Positions 11,201 through 25,424 of a stretch of 64,000 nt of DNA are shown in pieces. The notes below the pieces were generated by a model that worked only from the letters and a program-made list of their open reading frames with translations, was not told the DNA's origin and searched no databases. The stretch lies in contig NC_087437.1 in NCBI RefSeq assembly GCF_036321535.1, positions 16,742,001 through 16,806,000 on the forward strand, written 5' to 3'. Position 1 is the first letter of the stretch. Each line of letters opens with the position of its first letter. The position numbers and the translations under genes are program-made. The stretch comes from Camelus dromedarius. Taxonomy: Eukaryota.

Positions 11201-12267
11201 GTAGTTAATATATTATTGGTATGCAAAAAGAAGGCTGCTAAAATGCTTAAAAATAGATAGTTCCTAAGTAGTTTAAGCATGTACTATGTACAGCACACAG
11301 TTGGGGATAAAGATGAATCAGACATGATAAGCCTTTGTGGAGCCCACAGTCTTGTAGGGGAGATGAGCTATTTACTGTGATGCAAAGTAGAAAGAACAGA
11401 TTGCATGAGACAAATAAATGGAGTGCTACAGGAGCTCAGAGGAGGGAGAGAGACATCCCAGCTTATGGAGTTCAAAAAAGTTTCTCTGGAGGAAATAGTA
11501 TTTGTATATGGATACCGTACTCTTATCCAATTAATTTACTTAAGGTCCTAGATGTTGGTGTTATTACAGTGTTAATGATACTAAGGTGAGAGGTTTATTT
11601 CTCACACTGGCTTGGACTATTTCCACTCTGTTCCAAGACATCAAAATATACCTTAATCTTCTCCATCTGTCTTACAAACATAAGCTTTTGGTCCCAGGCA
11701 AATCCAGTAAGAGAGACTAGATAGATAGATCATAAATCCATTACTTCTTTCAAACCTAAGCTCTGTGGTAGTCTAATCTCAATCAAGGGCAAATGAAATT
11801 GGCTTAACAGAACTCTCCTTCCAAGAGAGTATAAACAGAAATATCAGACTGCTCTACTTATATTATTGTGACTTCCGAGTAGAATTCACACTAATAAGGT
11901 AAAGGGTTGCAAGGATGGGACCCCTTTCCCATCAGTTTTCTGCAGTTTTTAAGTCAGACTTCAAGCAGACAGTCTATCTGACAATCTAATTTGTACTTTA
12001 TCTTCTCCTTTATCACTTCAGTCTCCAAAATTGTAATTTTCAGCTTCCAAACGTACACCTAATAAAAATGAAGTACGAAAATAAGAATATGTAGAGAGAT
12101 TTGTGAATCCCTGTCAGGATTCTTTGCCTGGGCCGTTACCTTCTATTGGCCTTTATTTAGCAAATGGTAACATTAAGTAAGTATTTGTTAAATGAATGAA
12201 TAATCAAATGAACAAATTTTTGCTTGTCTGCTGTGCCCCTTTGTCAAGTGGAAACTCTGCCCTTTCG

Positions 12268-12307
12268 CATGAAGGCCATCTCTTTCCCATGAAGGCCATC
12301 TCTTTCC
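12268..12307. repeat. Perfect 20-bp tandem duplication
   Basis: catgaaggccatctctttcc twice. Confidence 0.95.
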
Positions 12308-13759
12308 CTGCCCTTGGCTTCTCTAGGATGGATGCAAAAGGACCTGACATGAGGTTCCCTCTGGGACTTGAGTAGGTGCCTCAACAAGACTCAGATACCG
12401 CACGGGGAGCTCTGGCCTCTTCGCTCCTCTAGCTTTTAACACCTAAAAACCTGTGGTGTCCTAGATAAAGTCCAATCACCTTTCCTGGCACAAGGGGAGA
12501 ACCCCATTAAGAGTATAGATCATTTTACCTTATCAAGGGATAGAAATCTCTTGATTATAGACTGTGGGCATTTTGAGGAGAGAGTTCGCTCTTATTCACC
12601 ATTGCACCCTCAAGCCCTGTTGCAGTACCTTCACATACTAGCTGTTTGTTTAAATCCTGAAAATTTAGCCTTTTTCTTTAAGGGAAACCTATACATCTCC
12701 TTGTCCTTTTCCTCATTCTTAGAAGTCCAATCTTCATCCTCATGGATTTAGTTTGGAAAAGAACTTTTCTGGCCATTTAATTTAAGTACAATTATTTATT
12801 TTTTTTTCGTCTGTTTGGTTTTTGAATGTCCAAGAGGGATTAGAGAAATCTTTCAAGGCAGGTAGGATTTGCACTGCTACTAGAACTCACTTTGTTTCTT
12901 CCTGACCCTGATTAGGAATATGTGTCTGAGATATCACTCCAGAGGAATAAAGGACCTTCCTAAGTTATTGATAAAACATTTTGGCTTTTTCAAAGCTTAG
13001 ATATTATGTTGAATAATTTCATATGTATATTTAAATGCAGAATAATTATGAAAATAAACTTATAACAAAGCACACTTTAGGAACCTTATTAAAAGTTTCT
13101 TCTGGAGCACTTAATAAGTACTTTTCTCTTTTTACTTTCTAAGTTTGAATCGAGGCCTTCATTAAGATTAACCAGTCATTTCATGGAGGGAAAATGTTTC
13201 TTTTCCCCCAGCTTCTCCCCCAGTAGGTGCTGATGGTTTTTTGAGTCCAGTGCTGGGAATATTTAAATGGAAATCAAAACACCCAAGAATACAGTAGGAA
13301 ACCATTCTTCCTTTTACTTCATTTAACCACCATGTAGATTAATAAAAGTAAAAGGATCTGGCCTGTGGCAAATATAAATTTACAGAATGAGTTCAGCCCA
13401 TATTTCCCTTCCACTATTAATGTCTTCTGAGGTCAAGTCCTCTTGCATCTCTATCCTTTTTAACTGATCAGCATCACTTACCTCAGATATGTCCCCACCT
13501 GTATTCAAAAGAACACGGTAGATATGCATGTACTAATGTAGAAAAATGGTCAAAAATAGATTATTTAAAATGTTAATTGTAAAACACGTACCAAAGTGAT
13601 CCCTTTTTGTTATTAATATGTTTGTGTGCACACAAAAAATGGGGAAGATATGCTTCAAATTATGCATGTTCCTCTTAAAGTAAAATATGAGATCTAGATA
13701 TCTTGGTGCTCTGATAAGTCTAGCCCCCTCCAGCCTCCCTTGACAGGAGTGAAAAGGAG

Positions 13760-15320
13760 CTCCCAGAACTTGGCTTGCTCCTGGTAAGCCCTCAGGTCCC
13801 CCTCACAGGTTTGCTGATACACACCTTCACTGTTCTCTGCCCTAAGACCATCAGAACTAATCTAACATGCCCTTCATCCCCATTTACATCAGTCACCACA
13901 AGAAGTCTAGGGGTCCAGATCATCACTCTCCTCCTCACTCTTCTCTTCCCTTTTCTAAGTCCAACCTTGAAATCCTTTCTCGCCCTCTTCATCATTCACT
14001 GGCAAAATGTCCTAGGTCGTGAAACTCTTTTCTAAACATTCCTTTTACCTTCTTGTTCTAACTGAAGCCCATCTCTCCCTAAGGATACTAGAGCCATGTG
14101 AAATGGTGGCACTTTTCTTTACCACTCCATCCCTCTCCTACTAGATCTGGAGAGGGCAGTAAGTGTTCATGCATTTCATTGCAACTTCCAGACTATTCTT
14201 TTTTGCCACATCTCTGAAACTATCCTCCCCCAACTTTGAACTAATGTCATTAGACTCACCACCCACTAACCCTCCTGATTGTAGTCGTCTACCACCCCTA
14301 GGTCTCTTCCCTTATTTCTTGAAGATTTTAGTTCCTGTCTATGTGACATTTTCCAGTACTACTTGCTACAGTTCTTCAGTAGACAAGTTTTCAGTAGCTG
14401 AGGCATCCAATACGCAAGCTTCTCAGTCCTTTGATTTCTTCTCCAGTGAGCTTGTCCTCTTCCCCTCTATAGCTACGTATTCTCTGGCCCTGTGTTTATG
14501 TCACTGGTTTTAAAAGTATGGTTCCCAGCTAACAACATTAGCATCACCTGGGAGCTACATGGAAATTCATATTCTCAGGCCCCAGCCCCGGTCTACTAAA
14601 TTCAAACTCTGAGGGTGGGGCCCAGCAATCTGTGGTTTAACAAGCTCTTCTGGTGATTCTGATGCATGATCTTGTTTGACAATCACTGCCGTGGTTCATC
14701 ATTAAAATCACTCCCTGAATATACTCTCAGCTGCCTTGTCCTGCCCTCATTTCATGGTACTCACCTGGAAAACCCCCAACTCATGTTAAATTGTGTTCTC
14801 TGTCTACTCTGAGCTTTTATTTATGCTGCTGACCTTGGCTGGAGAAGATCACACAACCAAACTGAGTGGTCTTGCATTAAATTCATGACCACCAACCTCC
14901 AGTGGGCCTTTAGCACTCTGGCAGTCCTGCTACCTTTCCCTGGTCCCTCAGTTTCCCACTCTGTACATGACTTTCATAGCTTCCTCTGTGTCCTCTAACA
15001 CCTCCTCTTCCATCCTTGCCCACAACGAATGACCTTGTTTCCTATTTTACTGAGAAAACTGAAGCAATGAGTGGAGACCTGTAGCCACCCACCTAGCCAT
15101 ATCAGCACCTGTTTACTCTCCCTTCCCTTCTGTTACTGTGCATGAATGGTCTGGGCACCTGTCTCAGGCCAACCCCTGTACTTGTGCTCTAGATCCCATC
15201 ATCTCCCTTCAACTTAGGGACACTCCTCCAGTGATTGACCCTTTTCTCCCCTGCAGTCATCAGTTTTTCCCCTTCGATCATTCCATCAGCAGGTAAACAT
15301 GCTGCGATTCTCCCCTATAA
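13760..15320 (+). mobile_element. LINE-2 internal (ORF2) remnant interrupted by MER5A
   Basis: C/T-rich L2-type sequence such as ggctggagaagatcacacaacc...aaattcatgaccaccaacctccagtgggcc. Confidence 0.65.
14502..14688. mobile_element. MER5A hAT MITE
   Basis: cactggtttt...agcatcacctgggagc...gggtggggcccagcaatctgtggtttaacaagc...ggtgattctgatgca...aatcactg. Confidence 0.85.
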
Positions 15321-16091
15321 AACCAGGCATCCCAAAGACATTTTGGCATCCAGTAGTTCCATCAGCTGTTGAATTAGTAACATAATGGCTTATCCCCAGG
15401 GTCCTTGACCATCAATTCCAGCCTTCCCTTCTGACATCTGTGAATTCAGCCCTCACCCAAAATTACTGAGAAATCATATACACATATACCCCCAACAAAG
15501 ACACTGGGGCAAGATATTTTATAGTGCTGCCACCGTGTATTCGTTGACATTCAACACGGCAGTGTCAATGGATTGGAAACTCCATATTCCTTCTAACTTG
15601 TCTTAACATATTTATAGGCCAAAGTAAATTCTTATGCTCTGTAATGAGCAGTCTCTACTTGAAATAATTCCTGAAGGAGAGAAGGAGGACAAAAGACAGA
15701 TTAAGAAGAACTTTAGGAACCAGAAATTCTAGAGATCCAAGAATTATTATAGCAAATAATTTTAGGTTCTTAATTACCTCTCTGCCCCAGATCCTAGAAG
15801 AACATCTGCCCCCAAGTATTAGCAACAGTGAGAGGGAAAAATATCAGATATATGGGTTCTTTCACTTATTAGGTCTCCTCCTGTTTTGCTGCAACCAGTG
15901 AAGTTAAGGCTAGACAATTTGACTGGGAGCAGAGAAACCATAGATCACTACCACCCAGTCTCCTTCCCCCACTCCAGTGTTTCATCATTTAAGAGTAAAG
16001 TAACATTAATAACACAAAACTAGCTATTAATTAAACAAAGAGAAAATATCAAGTTAGTGAATAAAGGAGAAGGATATAAAAATGTAGGGTT

Positions 16092-16230
16092 GTGGGGAGG
16101 GTTAGCTCAGTGGTAGAATACGTGCCTAGCATGCACGAGGTCCTAAGTTCAATCCCCAGTACTGCCACTTAAAAAAATAAAATAAAACAAACCTAATTAC
16201 TCCCCCCTAAAGCAAGCAAACAAATTTTTT
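16092..16230 (+). mobile_element. tRNA-derived SINE (same family)
   Basis: A/B boxes; TSD taaaaatgtagggtt (16077-16091) / taaaaagtagggtt (16231-16244). Confidence 0.85.
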
Positions 16231-16380
16231 TAAAAAGTAGGGTTAAGAATAATTAGCTTTTAATCAATTTCCTCTATTAAAGTTTACTTACAATGATATT
16301 TTCAACAAAGTCTGTGATTCTAAGTTATTATTACCTTTTTTAACTGCTCTGCCAGTTAGAGCCAGGATGTGAAAGGCTTT

Positions 16381-16880
16381 TTTAAAATTGAGATATAATA
16401 TCTCATCATATAAAATTCACCCTTTTAAAGTGCATAATTCAGTAGGTTTTAGTATATTCAACAAGATTGTGCAACCATTAGCACTAATTCCAGAATATTT
16501 TCATCACCCGCCCAAAAAGCTGTATTCATTAGCAGTCACTCCCCATTCCATCCCTCTCTCCAGGCCCTGGCAACCACTAATCTACTTTCTGTCTCCATGG
16601 ATTTCCCTATTCTAATAGGACATTTCATGTAAACAGAATCATACAATATGTGAGTCTTTTGTGTCTAGCCTCTTTCACTTAACATAATACTTTAAAGGTT
16701 TACCATGTAGCACGTATCAATACTTCATTCCATTTTATGCTTAAGTAATATTCCTTTGTATGAATATACCACATTTTGTTTATCCATTCATCAACTGTTG
16801 GACATTTGGGTTGTTTCCACTCTGGCTATTATGGATAGCACTGCTATATGAACATTCATTTGCAAGTTTTTGTGTGGACA
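16381..16880 (-). mobile_element. L1MB-type 3' end
   Basis: attgagatataat...aaaattcacccttttaaag...ggcaaccactaatctactttctgtctc; flanked by aaaggcttt on both sides. Confidence 0.8.
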
Positions 16881-19800
16881 GAAAAGGCTTTTGATTTAGC
16901 ATTTTAAAGTTTTTCAAAATAGCCAGCTTTCTTTTTTAAATCAGAAGTACCCTCTTGATATAGCAGAACTTCCTCTTTAATATGTAACTCCCCTCCCACC
17001 CCACCCCCATAGCATCATAGGAGCAAAATCTTTTGATAGTCACTTCAGAGTGACTGTCTGCTCTGTCTGGACCTAATACTAACATACTCCCCTGAACACA
17101 GGTCCTCAGAGCTGAGCTGATTCCCAGGCTTGATGTGCTGTTTCTGTTACTCAGATGTTTGCGGTTTTGCTGCCTTGTTCATCCCAAGTTTTCATAACTC
17201 TAAGGCCTTTATTGGTACTATTATCTCAAGTCTCCGTAGCCTTGTTCAGTGGAGGCTGGGGAATGATTTTATATGTTGGTTTATAAAATACAGGCTAGAT
17301 TTATTTTGGCACAGTACATTGTATATACAGTATTAACTGCTTAGCAGTTTTATACAAGTCAAAATAAGTGACTTACTTCTTCAGCAAATGTTCAAAATTT
17401 TCTCTATCATGTGCAAGCAACCCATTTTTTCTTAAAACATCCCATACAGTTGTTTCTTTCCAGAGAGAGAGAATTAATATGGTATATCACCATTGTCTTC
17501 ATTTTCAAAGTGGGGAGAGCAGGGAATTCTGAGAAGATTCAGAAAGTTCTAGAAACTCCATCCTGAGTTTCAAACTAAGCCTCAAAGAGTGAATTCTGCA
17601 AAAACAGAGTGTGTTAGGTGTCACACACAACTTTATCTCTTCTGTCTCCTTTCTAATCTCACCTTCCATCAGGGTACGACCTCTCTCTGGACTCGTGCCT
17701 CAGTTTTGTAGGTCATTTCAGGACATGATAAGGGAATATCTTTTCTTGCTAGATATATTGGAGGCTCTCCTTAAAAAAAAAAAAATCTTTAGTTTTTAGA
17801 ATCGCTGCTGAGAGACCAGCCTCTCATCTGTGTATCCCTGCCAGGGAACTTATAAAACCCTGTGACCCAGGAATTCACACAGACTCCTGCTGCTGGTTCT
17901 CTGAGAAAGATTATCTTCCTTGCTCAAGCATGTTTGCTCTGGGGGAACATACATAGCATGGCAAGATGGGAAAGAAACCCCAGTTGAGGCAGCTGGATCT
18001 TAAGGTAGCAACTGATATATCCCAATCATTCCTACAACAGGAGAACACCAGTCTTTCTCATCCTCTAATCAAGCTCTCGTAACACAGTTGCCCTGAAGAC
18101 CCAGGTTGAGCCCATGGTCTAGATAGGACAACAAGTGTCTTCATACAGTGTATGTGTGTGAATGATCTGCAGGCCAAGAAAAGATTCAGGCTGCTGTGCA
18201 GGAAACACCTGTTGTTGCCTAGCTATCTTGTTAGGTCTCCACATATGCTGCAGAGGGCAGGAGAAAAGATCTCATGGTTTATTCCAGAAGAACGTTGGAA
18301 AGACTCTCACAGTCATCTCTTCCCATCGTAACTGCCCACAGCTCCTAACTTTCCATGTTTTCAAACTGAATGTATTAACGATATGTTTATAGTTTTCTAT
18401 TCTTCCTCTCTGGTTAGTACCTCCAGGGGAAACCTCTCACCCAGAAATAGCTCTTCCCTTCCAGCACCCAGCCCCATGGGTTGGACCACTTCCTCTATGA
18501 TCATAGTAGGGAGGGAAGAGAGTAGATCAAGGGCCATGTTTGCATCAGTCGTGAAAGTCCTTGTGTTTGATCTTTTCCCAGTACAAAAGCGGTCACTCTA
18601 AAACCTATGTTCTTTGTTTCTGTGTTTCAGTTATCATATACTTCTTGAAACTAACTTACATTCTCAGATTCTTTCTAGAACTAAGCAGGTTTACTTTCAT
18701 TAAAAGGCAAGTAAATAAGTAAAAAGCAAATAAACCAACCTCATGATAGTCTTTCTCCATCAATAACTCATTGCCACAGACCAGTTCTTTCCTAACCCCC
18801 TTTAGGGGGCCTGGCCTTTTCTCCTTCTGAATTTTTTGGAAAGCGGTTGGATAAATAAAAACTTAGAGCTTATTTCTTCATCATCAAAAGACATGGAGAA
18901 GTATTTTCTTTTTGCTTAAGAGGGTAGCAGGGCAGGCTTTTGAAACTCCAGAGATTTATGGGAAATAAATGAAATGAAAGTATTTGTTGTCCTTTGCTTC
19001 AAACCGACATTGTGCTAGGTGCAGTGAGACAGAGAAGGGATCACTGCTTTATCATCTTCATACCCTCAGCACCCAGCAGAGTAGCTGCACATAATAGTAT
19101 TCAGAAAAAAATTTGTTGAGTGACTGAATGACTTTAAAATTGACCTTACCCTAAATAGTTTAGACTCTACTGGAAAATATTGTCAGATTATAAAACATTG
19201 CAGTACAAGCCCTTTTACCTGAACATGATTAGAATGGATAGTTACCCAATAGGGAATCATTAACTCTCTGCGTACTCTGTGTATCTTCAACATTTTATTT
19301 AACTCAAAACGTTAACTTATTCAGATCTTTTGACATAGGGCCAAAGCCTTTTCTTTGAGAATAAGTGTCATAATTGGAAATTGAAGTTTCATGACATCTT
19401 TCTTTAGTCCACTCAGTACATTTGTTAACCGATTTCCAGTTTCAGTTTCTTTAAAGTGGAGACAGAACTTAAGTCAGTAGTGAAGCAATTTAAATAGACA
19501 CCTTCCGCATTTTAATGTTTTTTCTCCTTCATCTCACCCATAACTAATTTTATAGCAAAAAAAAAAATTAGTAGTAGTAGTTTGCCTTTACTGATTTTTT
19601 GTAAAACATTCAGTGTCAGGTTCTTTTTTTTTCCAATTTTAGAAACATCCACTCCTTTTTTTCCACACTCATATTTCGTTAGTTTAAGTAATATGTAATT
19701 GAATTGAATAATTAGTGTAAAAAAATGCATAAACAAGTGGGGACAAATACAACCAACGCTTCGTAAACTTAAAATTCAACCACTAAGATAAGAAATATGA

Positions 19801-21199
19801 GAGCATAACAGAAACTAAACTATTAGCCATGAATCAGTGTGTCCTGGGCATTGGTGCTTCTCTTTCATAGGAAAAATGGAGGGGGCTTAACTAGAGAAGC
19901 CTTCATGAAGTAGTGAAATTTGTGTTGGACTTTGAAGGATGGTTAAAGTGTGCATAATTTGAGAAGAAGCATTCTCAGGAAGGGGATGAAAAGTCACCCC
20001 CCTGAAGCCATGGGTTGATGCTGGGAAGGGGAGGAATACAGCTAAGGTGTGATTTAGTTGAAAAAGCATTAAATCATAAGTCTAAAGACCTAGTTGCATT
20101 CATAACAAACTTTTTGATGTTTTAATTTGGAGATAGTAATTAAGGAGGAATGGGAATGTTATAGGCAAGAGTGTAGGGAAGGACCCAGGTTGAAGCATTA
20201 GACCAATGGTTTCAGTGTAATCCTCTTTCAATCACATATATGCTGAATGCTTTCAGTAAGATTTTGATGAGTGGAGAATTCTACAGATTAAAAAAAAAAT
20301 TGAAACCTGCAGATTTAGGTATATAAGCCCAATATACATATTATAAAGTGTTGTAACAATGTCTTGAAATAAAGGGGAAAAACTTAAGTTCTAGGAAACA
20401 ATAGAAAACCAAAGAATTTAATTCCCACTGAATTAGACAAAGGTTCAGCAGAAGAGAGTCGTAAGCTATTTTTGATTTGGGGGTTTATTTGGTAATATTT
20501 GGTTTATATTTTCTAGAAGTAGAAAATATTGAACAATGTAGCTGATGGAAAATAAATATTGAAGTCTGAATATTAAACATGAGAGAATACTTAAAGATTC
20601 ACTTGTAAATAACTATTTGAGGCAGGTGTTTAACATGCAATAGAATAATAGAATATTTTTAAAATCTGAGATTTCTTTAAAGCCTCTTAAGAAAAACAAG
20701 TCTCACAAATTGAAGATGCATTCTGTCATTGCTGTTTGATCATCTTTTGTACCTTTATTATAGCCAAATTTCACTCACTTCTGTGTATCTAAAGCTGCTT
20801 TCTTCTGGCATTCAGTCATTCCACTTCTTAAACCAACCCTTTGACAGTAAATTTTCAGATGTATCCAGATTCAAAATCACTTCAAAGAAGTATGTTTGAT
20901 GACTAAGATAGTTTTCAACAAACAAGGGAAAAAGAGATTTGATTTTAAAATCTGAGACTGACGAATCTCTTTTTATATTACCATTTGAGAATGAAAGTCT
21001 TTTTCTCCACATTTTGTCTTGAGGGTTTTGGACATTTGCTTCCCTTCAACTAAGAAGTATAAAAACTAGATGTACTTCAGACTTGAAGTACAGAGCCTTC
21101 TTTTTTCATAAAATATTAAATAGCAAAATTAAAAATGCTCAACATGTTCTTTCTCTTCTAGCTTGAGGAGAAACTGTTTTATGTGGATTGACACCTCAC

Positions 21200-21631
21200 A
21201 TACTCTGAGTTTAAGAAGCTAGCATTATCTGAGAAGTCGCTATTTTTAGGTCCAGCTGTAATGTTTCTAACTTTGGTGCTCAGAGTAGTGGGTGCTTCCT
21301 TTCCCAGAAGGCTCTGTAATTCTCAACATGGGTAGGTCAGTTTGACATAAAGCTACCTACAAGGAGCAACAGGCCCATTGCAGCCCGTGTTTCTTTCTTG
21401 AAAATTATGAGCAGATATTGGGAGCCACAGGCAGTATTTGGGGAGCAGCTGCATGTCAGTACAAGCATGGATTGTGGTCTCTGGAGGCTGGGAGAGCACA
21501 ATGCTTGAACTTAATTTCTTTGGGAGATAAGAAGAAAAAAATACCTTTCTGCCTGACGAGATTGACAACTTATTAACTCTGTCTTCAGAAGTGTGCTGGA
21601 CAGTGGCTAAGTAAATATCCATTTTTCAAAG
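21200..21631 (+). promoter_or_regulatory. PPP2R3A: Putative internal promoter and 5' UTR of the PR72 isoform with muscle-type motifs
   Basis: MEF2 consensus CTATTTTTAG 21240-21249, E-boxes CAGCTG 21253-21258 and 21446-21451, AGATAAG 21525-21531, directly upstream of the PR72 ATG; no repeat recognised here. Confidence 0.6.
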
Positions 21632-21763
21632 ATGATGATCAAGGAAACATCTCTACGAAGGGACCCGGATTTAAGGGGAGAGTTAGCTTTCCTGGCAAGG
21701 GGCTGTGATTTTGTTCTCCCGTCACGGTTTAAGAAGCGGCTGAAGTCATTTCAGCAGACACAG
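21632..21763 (+). CDS. PPP2R3A: PR72 isoform alternative first coding exon (MMIKETSLRRDPDLRGELAFLARGCDFVLPSRFKKRLKSFQQTQ)
   Basis: Manual translation gives the 44-aa PR72-specific N-terminus; donor CAG|gtttga at 21763/21764; phase 0, splices in frame to 25425 (IQNKPEKK). Confidence 0.93.
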
Positions 21764-23719
21764 GTTTGAAACTTGGGTGTTTCTTTTAAAATATTTTTAT
21801 TACTAATAAAACCACCCAGTGAACTAACTTACAAATAATTTTACAGCTCACTTGATATTAGATCAAGGAATTAATCTGTGTCCTCTATTCAGCTATTTGC
21901 AGAAAGCTATTTGTAGAGAGATTCCAACAGGTTTAAAAATAGACCTTCTGGATCTGAAGTACAGTACTCACATTTTTCTCTTGTAGAGAGGGAATCCAGT
22001 TTTAGAGACAATAAATACAACTTAACAAATATTTTACAATTCAGAATTTTTAGTAGAAATGTCTGAGAAACTAGAATTTCTGTTGTTAAAAGCCTTGTTT
22101 GCACCTGAATCAATAGACTAAATTTGTATTAAGCTGCATACATCTGTAGTGAATCTTTTTAAAAAAAAAGAATATTGAACCTGTTAGTCTTTTTTTTTTT
22201 TTGAAAGAACTATTTTTACATATATGCAGTCGTGTGTGTGTGATATACTGTATGTAGGTAATGAAGGATAGTAATTACTTCTGGGTTGTGAAAGAATGTC
22301 TTCCCTCAGCACACTGTAAGATTGAGTCATTTCTGCCTGCAGTAGCTTCTTGCAGAGACCATGCTAACTTGCTTACACTCGTAGGGTCAGTGTCTCATCA
22401 AACAAATTGCCTAACATTGAATACAGTACAAATCAAGGGCCATGTCAATGATGGCCATCCAGAATCCAGCAAGAAACCATAGTTTTGTAGTTATTCTGAT
22501 CTATGGTAATTTCATATTTTTTGAGTGAACCATATAAAATGGCTTTTTTTAAAAAATGGGTCCAAAATAGTCAAATACTGGAAATGCTACAGTGACATAA
22601 TAGCATAAGGGTACTATTCAGAATGAATAGCTAAATGATACTGTATTTATAGTGAAAAACTGTAATGGAAAATTGAGATACTTTGCCCAGTAATTCTATT
22701 TTAAAGCTGTTCCTAGATTTGAATGAAATAATTTTATTCAGAGTGAGCAGATGCTAAACTTGCTGGTAAATGTGATGAACTTTATATTACTGTGCTCTAT
22801 TCTCTAATTGTAAAGGGTCAGTTTTATTAAGCTACTTTGAGGTTTAAATTATGTCTCCTATTGAACTCAGTGAAAAGTAAATTGATACACCTAAAAGTTC
22901 CAAATTGAATGCGTTCTTTTTTTCCTTTAGATAGTAATGTCACTTTTATTAAATATGGAATCAAACAATGAATTAATTAACATTTGTCTATTAGTGAACT
23001 GCTCCATGTTAAGAAGTACACTGAGGAAAGCAGAGTAGATTATTATAGAATCAAATATTTTCCCACTCAAATTAAAACCTTGACAGATAGCCAGGATTTG
23101 TTCTGAATGTCTCTTATTTCTATCAAAGCAGACGCACAGAGTCAACATTGAAGGCCTTGCTCTTCAGTAGCATGTGTTCGCTAGGCTGACTATTGAGTTT
23201 CATCCCCACTGGCACCAGTGGTCTTAATCCTATGGTTATAGCAGCCCTGAAGTTATCCATAACTGCCCTGGATGTCACACTATGGGAAACAATTTGGGGA
23301 AGCAAAAAAATAATTTTGATGCTTATTTACTTGTAGTCTCACAAATCTTTTTCAGGATAGAATAGAAAGGAAATGACAATGCAAATGACCTAAACAAAGC
23401 CCCTGAAGAATTATATGCCTTATTTTAGAAATTTAAGAACAACTTCTACTGTTACTGGTTTAGAACTGTGTAATAATATTTGCAGATTTAGCATTAAGGC
23501 AAAAAAGAAATGTCTACTTAGGATACATTACCAATTTTTTGCATGAAAAGTAGTTGGTAAACTAAATAGCTTTACAAATGTAAATGGTTACTTTATTTAT
23601 TTTTGAACCTGGAAGACTGTGCCAGCTTATGTTTAACCTTTTGAGAACCCCATCCTTTGGCTTTGTGACTCATTTTTTTAAATTAAGACATAACTCTGCC
23701 CAGCATGGTTTTGAACCTT

Positions 23720-23850
23720 TTACCTGTTAATCCTGTAATATCCTTTAATCTTCACAACAACCTTCCAAGAAGTAGGGGTTATAATGTTTTATTACTGAAA
23801 TTCTGAAAGATTGAGTAATTTTCCTGAGGTCACAGAGCTAGTAAGCCATC
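23720..23850 (-). mobile_element. MIR fragment
   Basis: tttaatcttcacaacaacc...gagtaattttcctgaggtcacagagctagtaag. Confidence 0.6.
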
Positions 23851-25424
23851 ACTGTTTCCTGTTAGGTTTTTCACATTTCATTGGCATCACTCCCTCTGCC
23901 ATTTCTTCCTTGACTGTTGCTTTATATGGGTGACATCCCGATACTGCAGAAGAGGCTTGGTGTGACCAGCTGGACTTCATATCCCCAGTAGTATTAATAT
24001 ATGAGCAGACTCCAGTCTGTGTATTAGTGTCAGATATTAACATGAAAAATGGTCCATGTTTAACAAAAGTAAGAGATTAAATCATATTTATCGTATATTT
24101 ATGTGAATGAAGCTTGTCTTCCTATAATTCTCATGCTTTTCAAAGGTAGCTAAGATTTTTACCCTGAATTTAAAGATCATGTTTTAAGTCTATGCGTCAA
24201 AAGAAAATATGATATTTAAAACTACTTCTTACTGATATATCATTGTTCAAACTTTAGGAATGGCATTGGGATAATTTAAGAAAGAAGAACACGAGTAATA
24301 TTTTGTGTTCACAGTGAATTTAAAATAAGTTTAGCTAGTGAACAGTCATGTTCATCTTTCATACCTTATGTAACATCTAGTAGTGCCATGCTTATGAGCC
24401 TTTATAGATAACTTGGTCAAAATTAAGAATAGAAATTAAAACTATGAAAAATCTTCATGGAATCTTTTTCACTTTCTCTGCTAGGAATCTCAGAACTAAA
24501 TTTTTAGCTTTCACTGGTAAAATAAACTTCAACTTGAATGTTAGTGTACCTCCTCTCCCCTTTCCCTAAATCATAGATAATTTAATCTCCCCATTGTCCC
24601 CTGCCCCTTGACCTTTTTATACTGTCCTTTCTTATGTCTCTTTGTGGTACAGCATATCAAATCCTTTTTAGAAAAAGGAATGCTATATATATAAACTATT
24701 AGTGAATTGATAAACTGTAATGAGAGTTTTGCTGTGATGAAATTAATGACCATGATCCTTGCCTATTAGAAAGTACCAAAAATGAGAAAATGTGTATCTC
24801 GGGAAAAAACAGCATGCATGCCCCTAGTGGCAAGTAAATCAGCCTGGCAGAAGACATTCCAAAGCTAAAATGCTTTTATTTTCTTAAAGAATTTCTCTGC
24901 ATCAGGGGCTGGCAGTGATGCCCTAGATAAAGTCAGTCTAGGGAAGGTGGAAGGACACTTCTCCAACAATGCATTTTAGATCTGCAGATTTAAGAAGGGC
25001 TCATTCTGTCTACTTATTGAAGGAGAAGTGGAAATACACAGAAAGACAAAGAACAATTTTCAAGAATTTAGTAATCCAGTTCCAACAGACCAAGAATTCT
25101 CCTTGAGATCCTTATTGTGTCAATTGACGTTGCTCTTAAATGTCTGCTACATTGCTGGTAGGAAAATGTACTGTAGGATTTTTTAAGCACAAATCTATGT
25201 AAACTCAAGTAATTGACAGATAATTAATGTACTGATTCATTTCATGTAGATTAGCATTCCCTTAGAGCAGGCTTACCCGCCGTAGGGTACAGTGAGCCCT
25301 TGATGTCCACTGCCTCTAATTGTGGCTTCTTGTATTTACACCCAACTTCCTGTTACTAGTGAAGACTTTCAAGAATATATACTCTTTAGAATTTTTGTGT
25401 TTCATAATCATATTTTCCTTCCAG

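Noticed and set aside
15522..15572. Small imperfect hairpin with alternative pairings
   Set aside because: Stems are short with bulges; lacks pre-miRNA length and snoRNA boxes
24815..24832. CTCF-like tgcccctagtggca
   Set aside because: One G short of the core spacing; weak match
25320..25424. 35-aa hydrophobic N-terminal extension of the exon ORF resembling a signal peptide
   Set aside because: Starts at TTG and simply translates the intronic T-rich acceptor region
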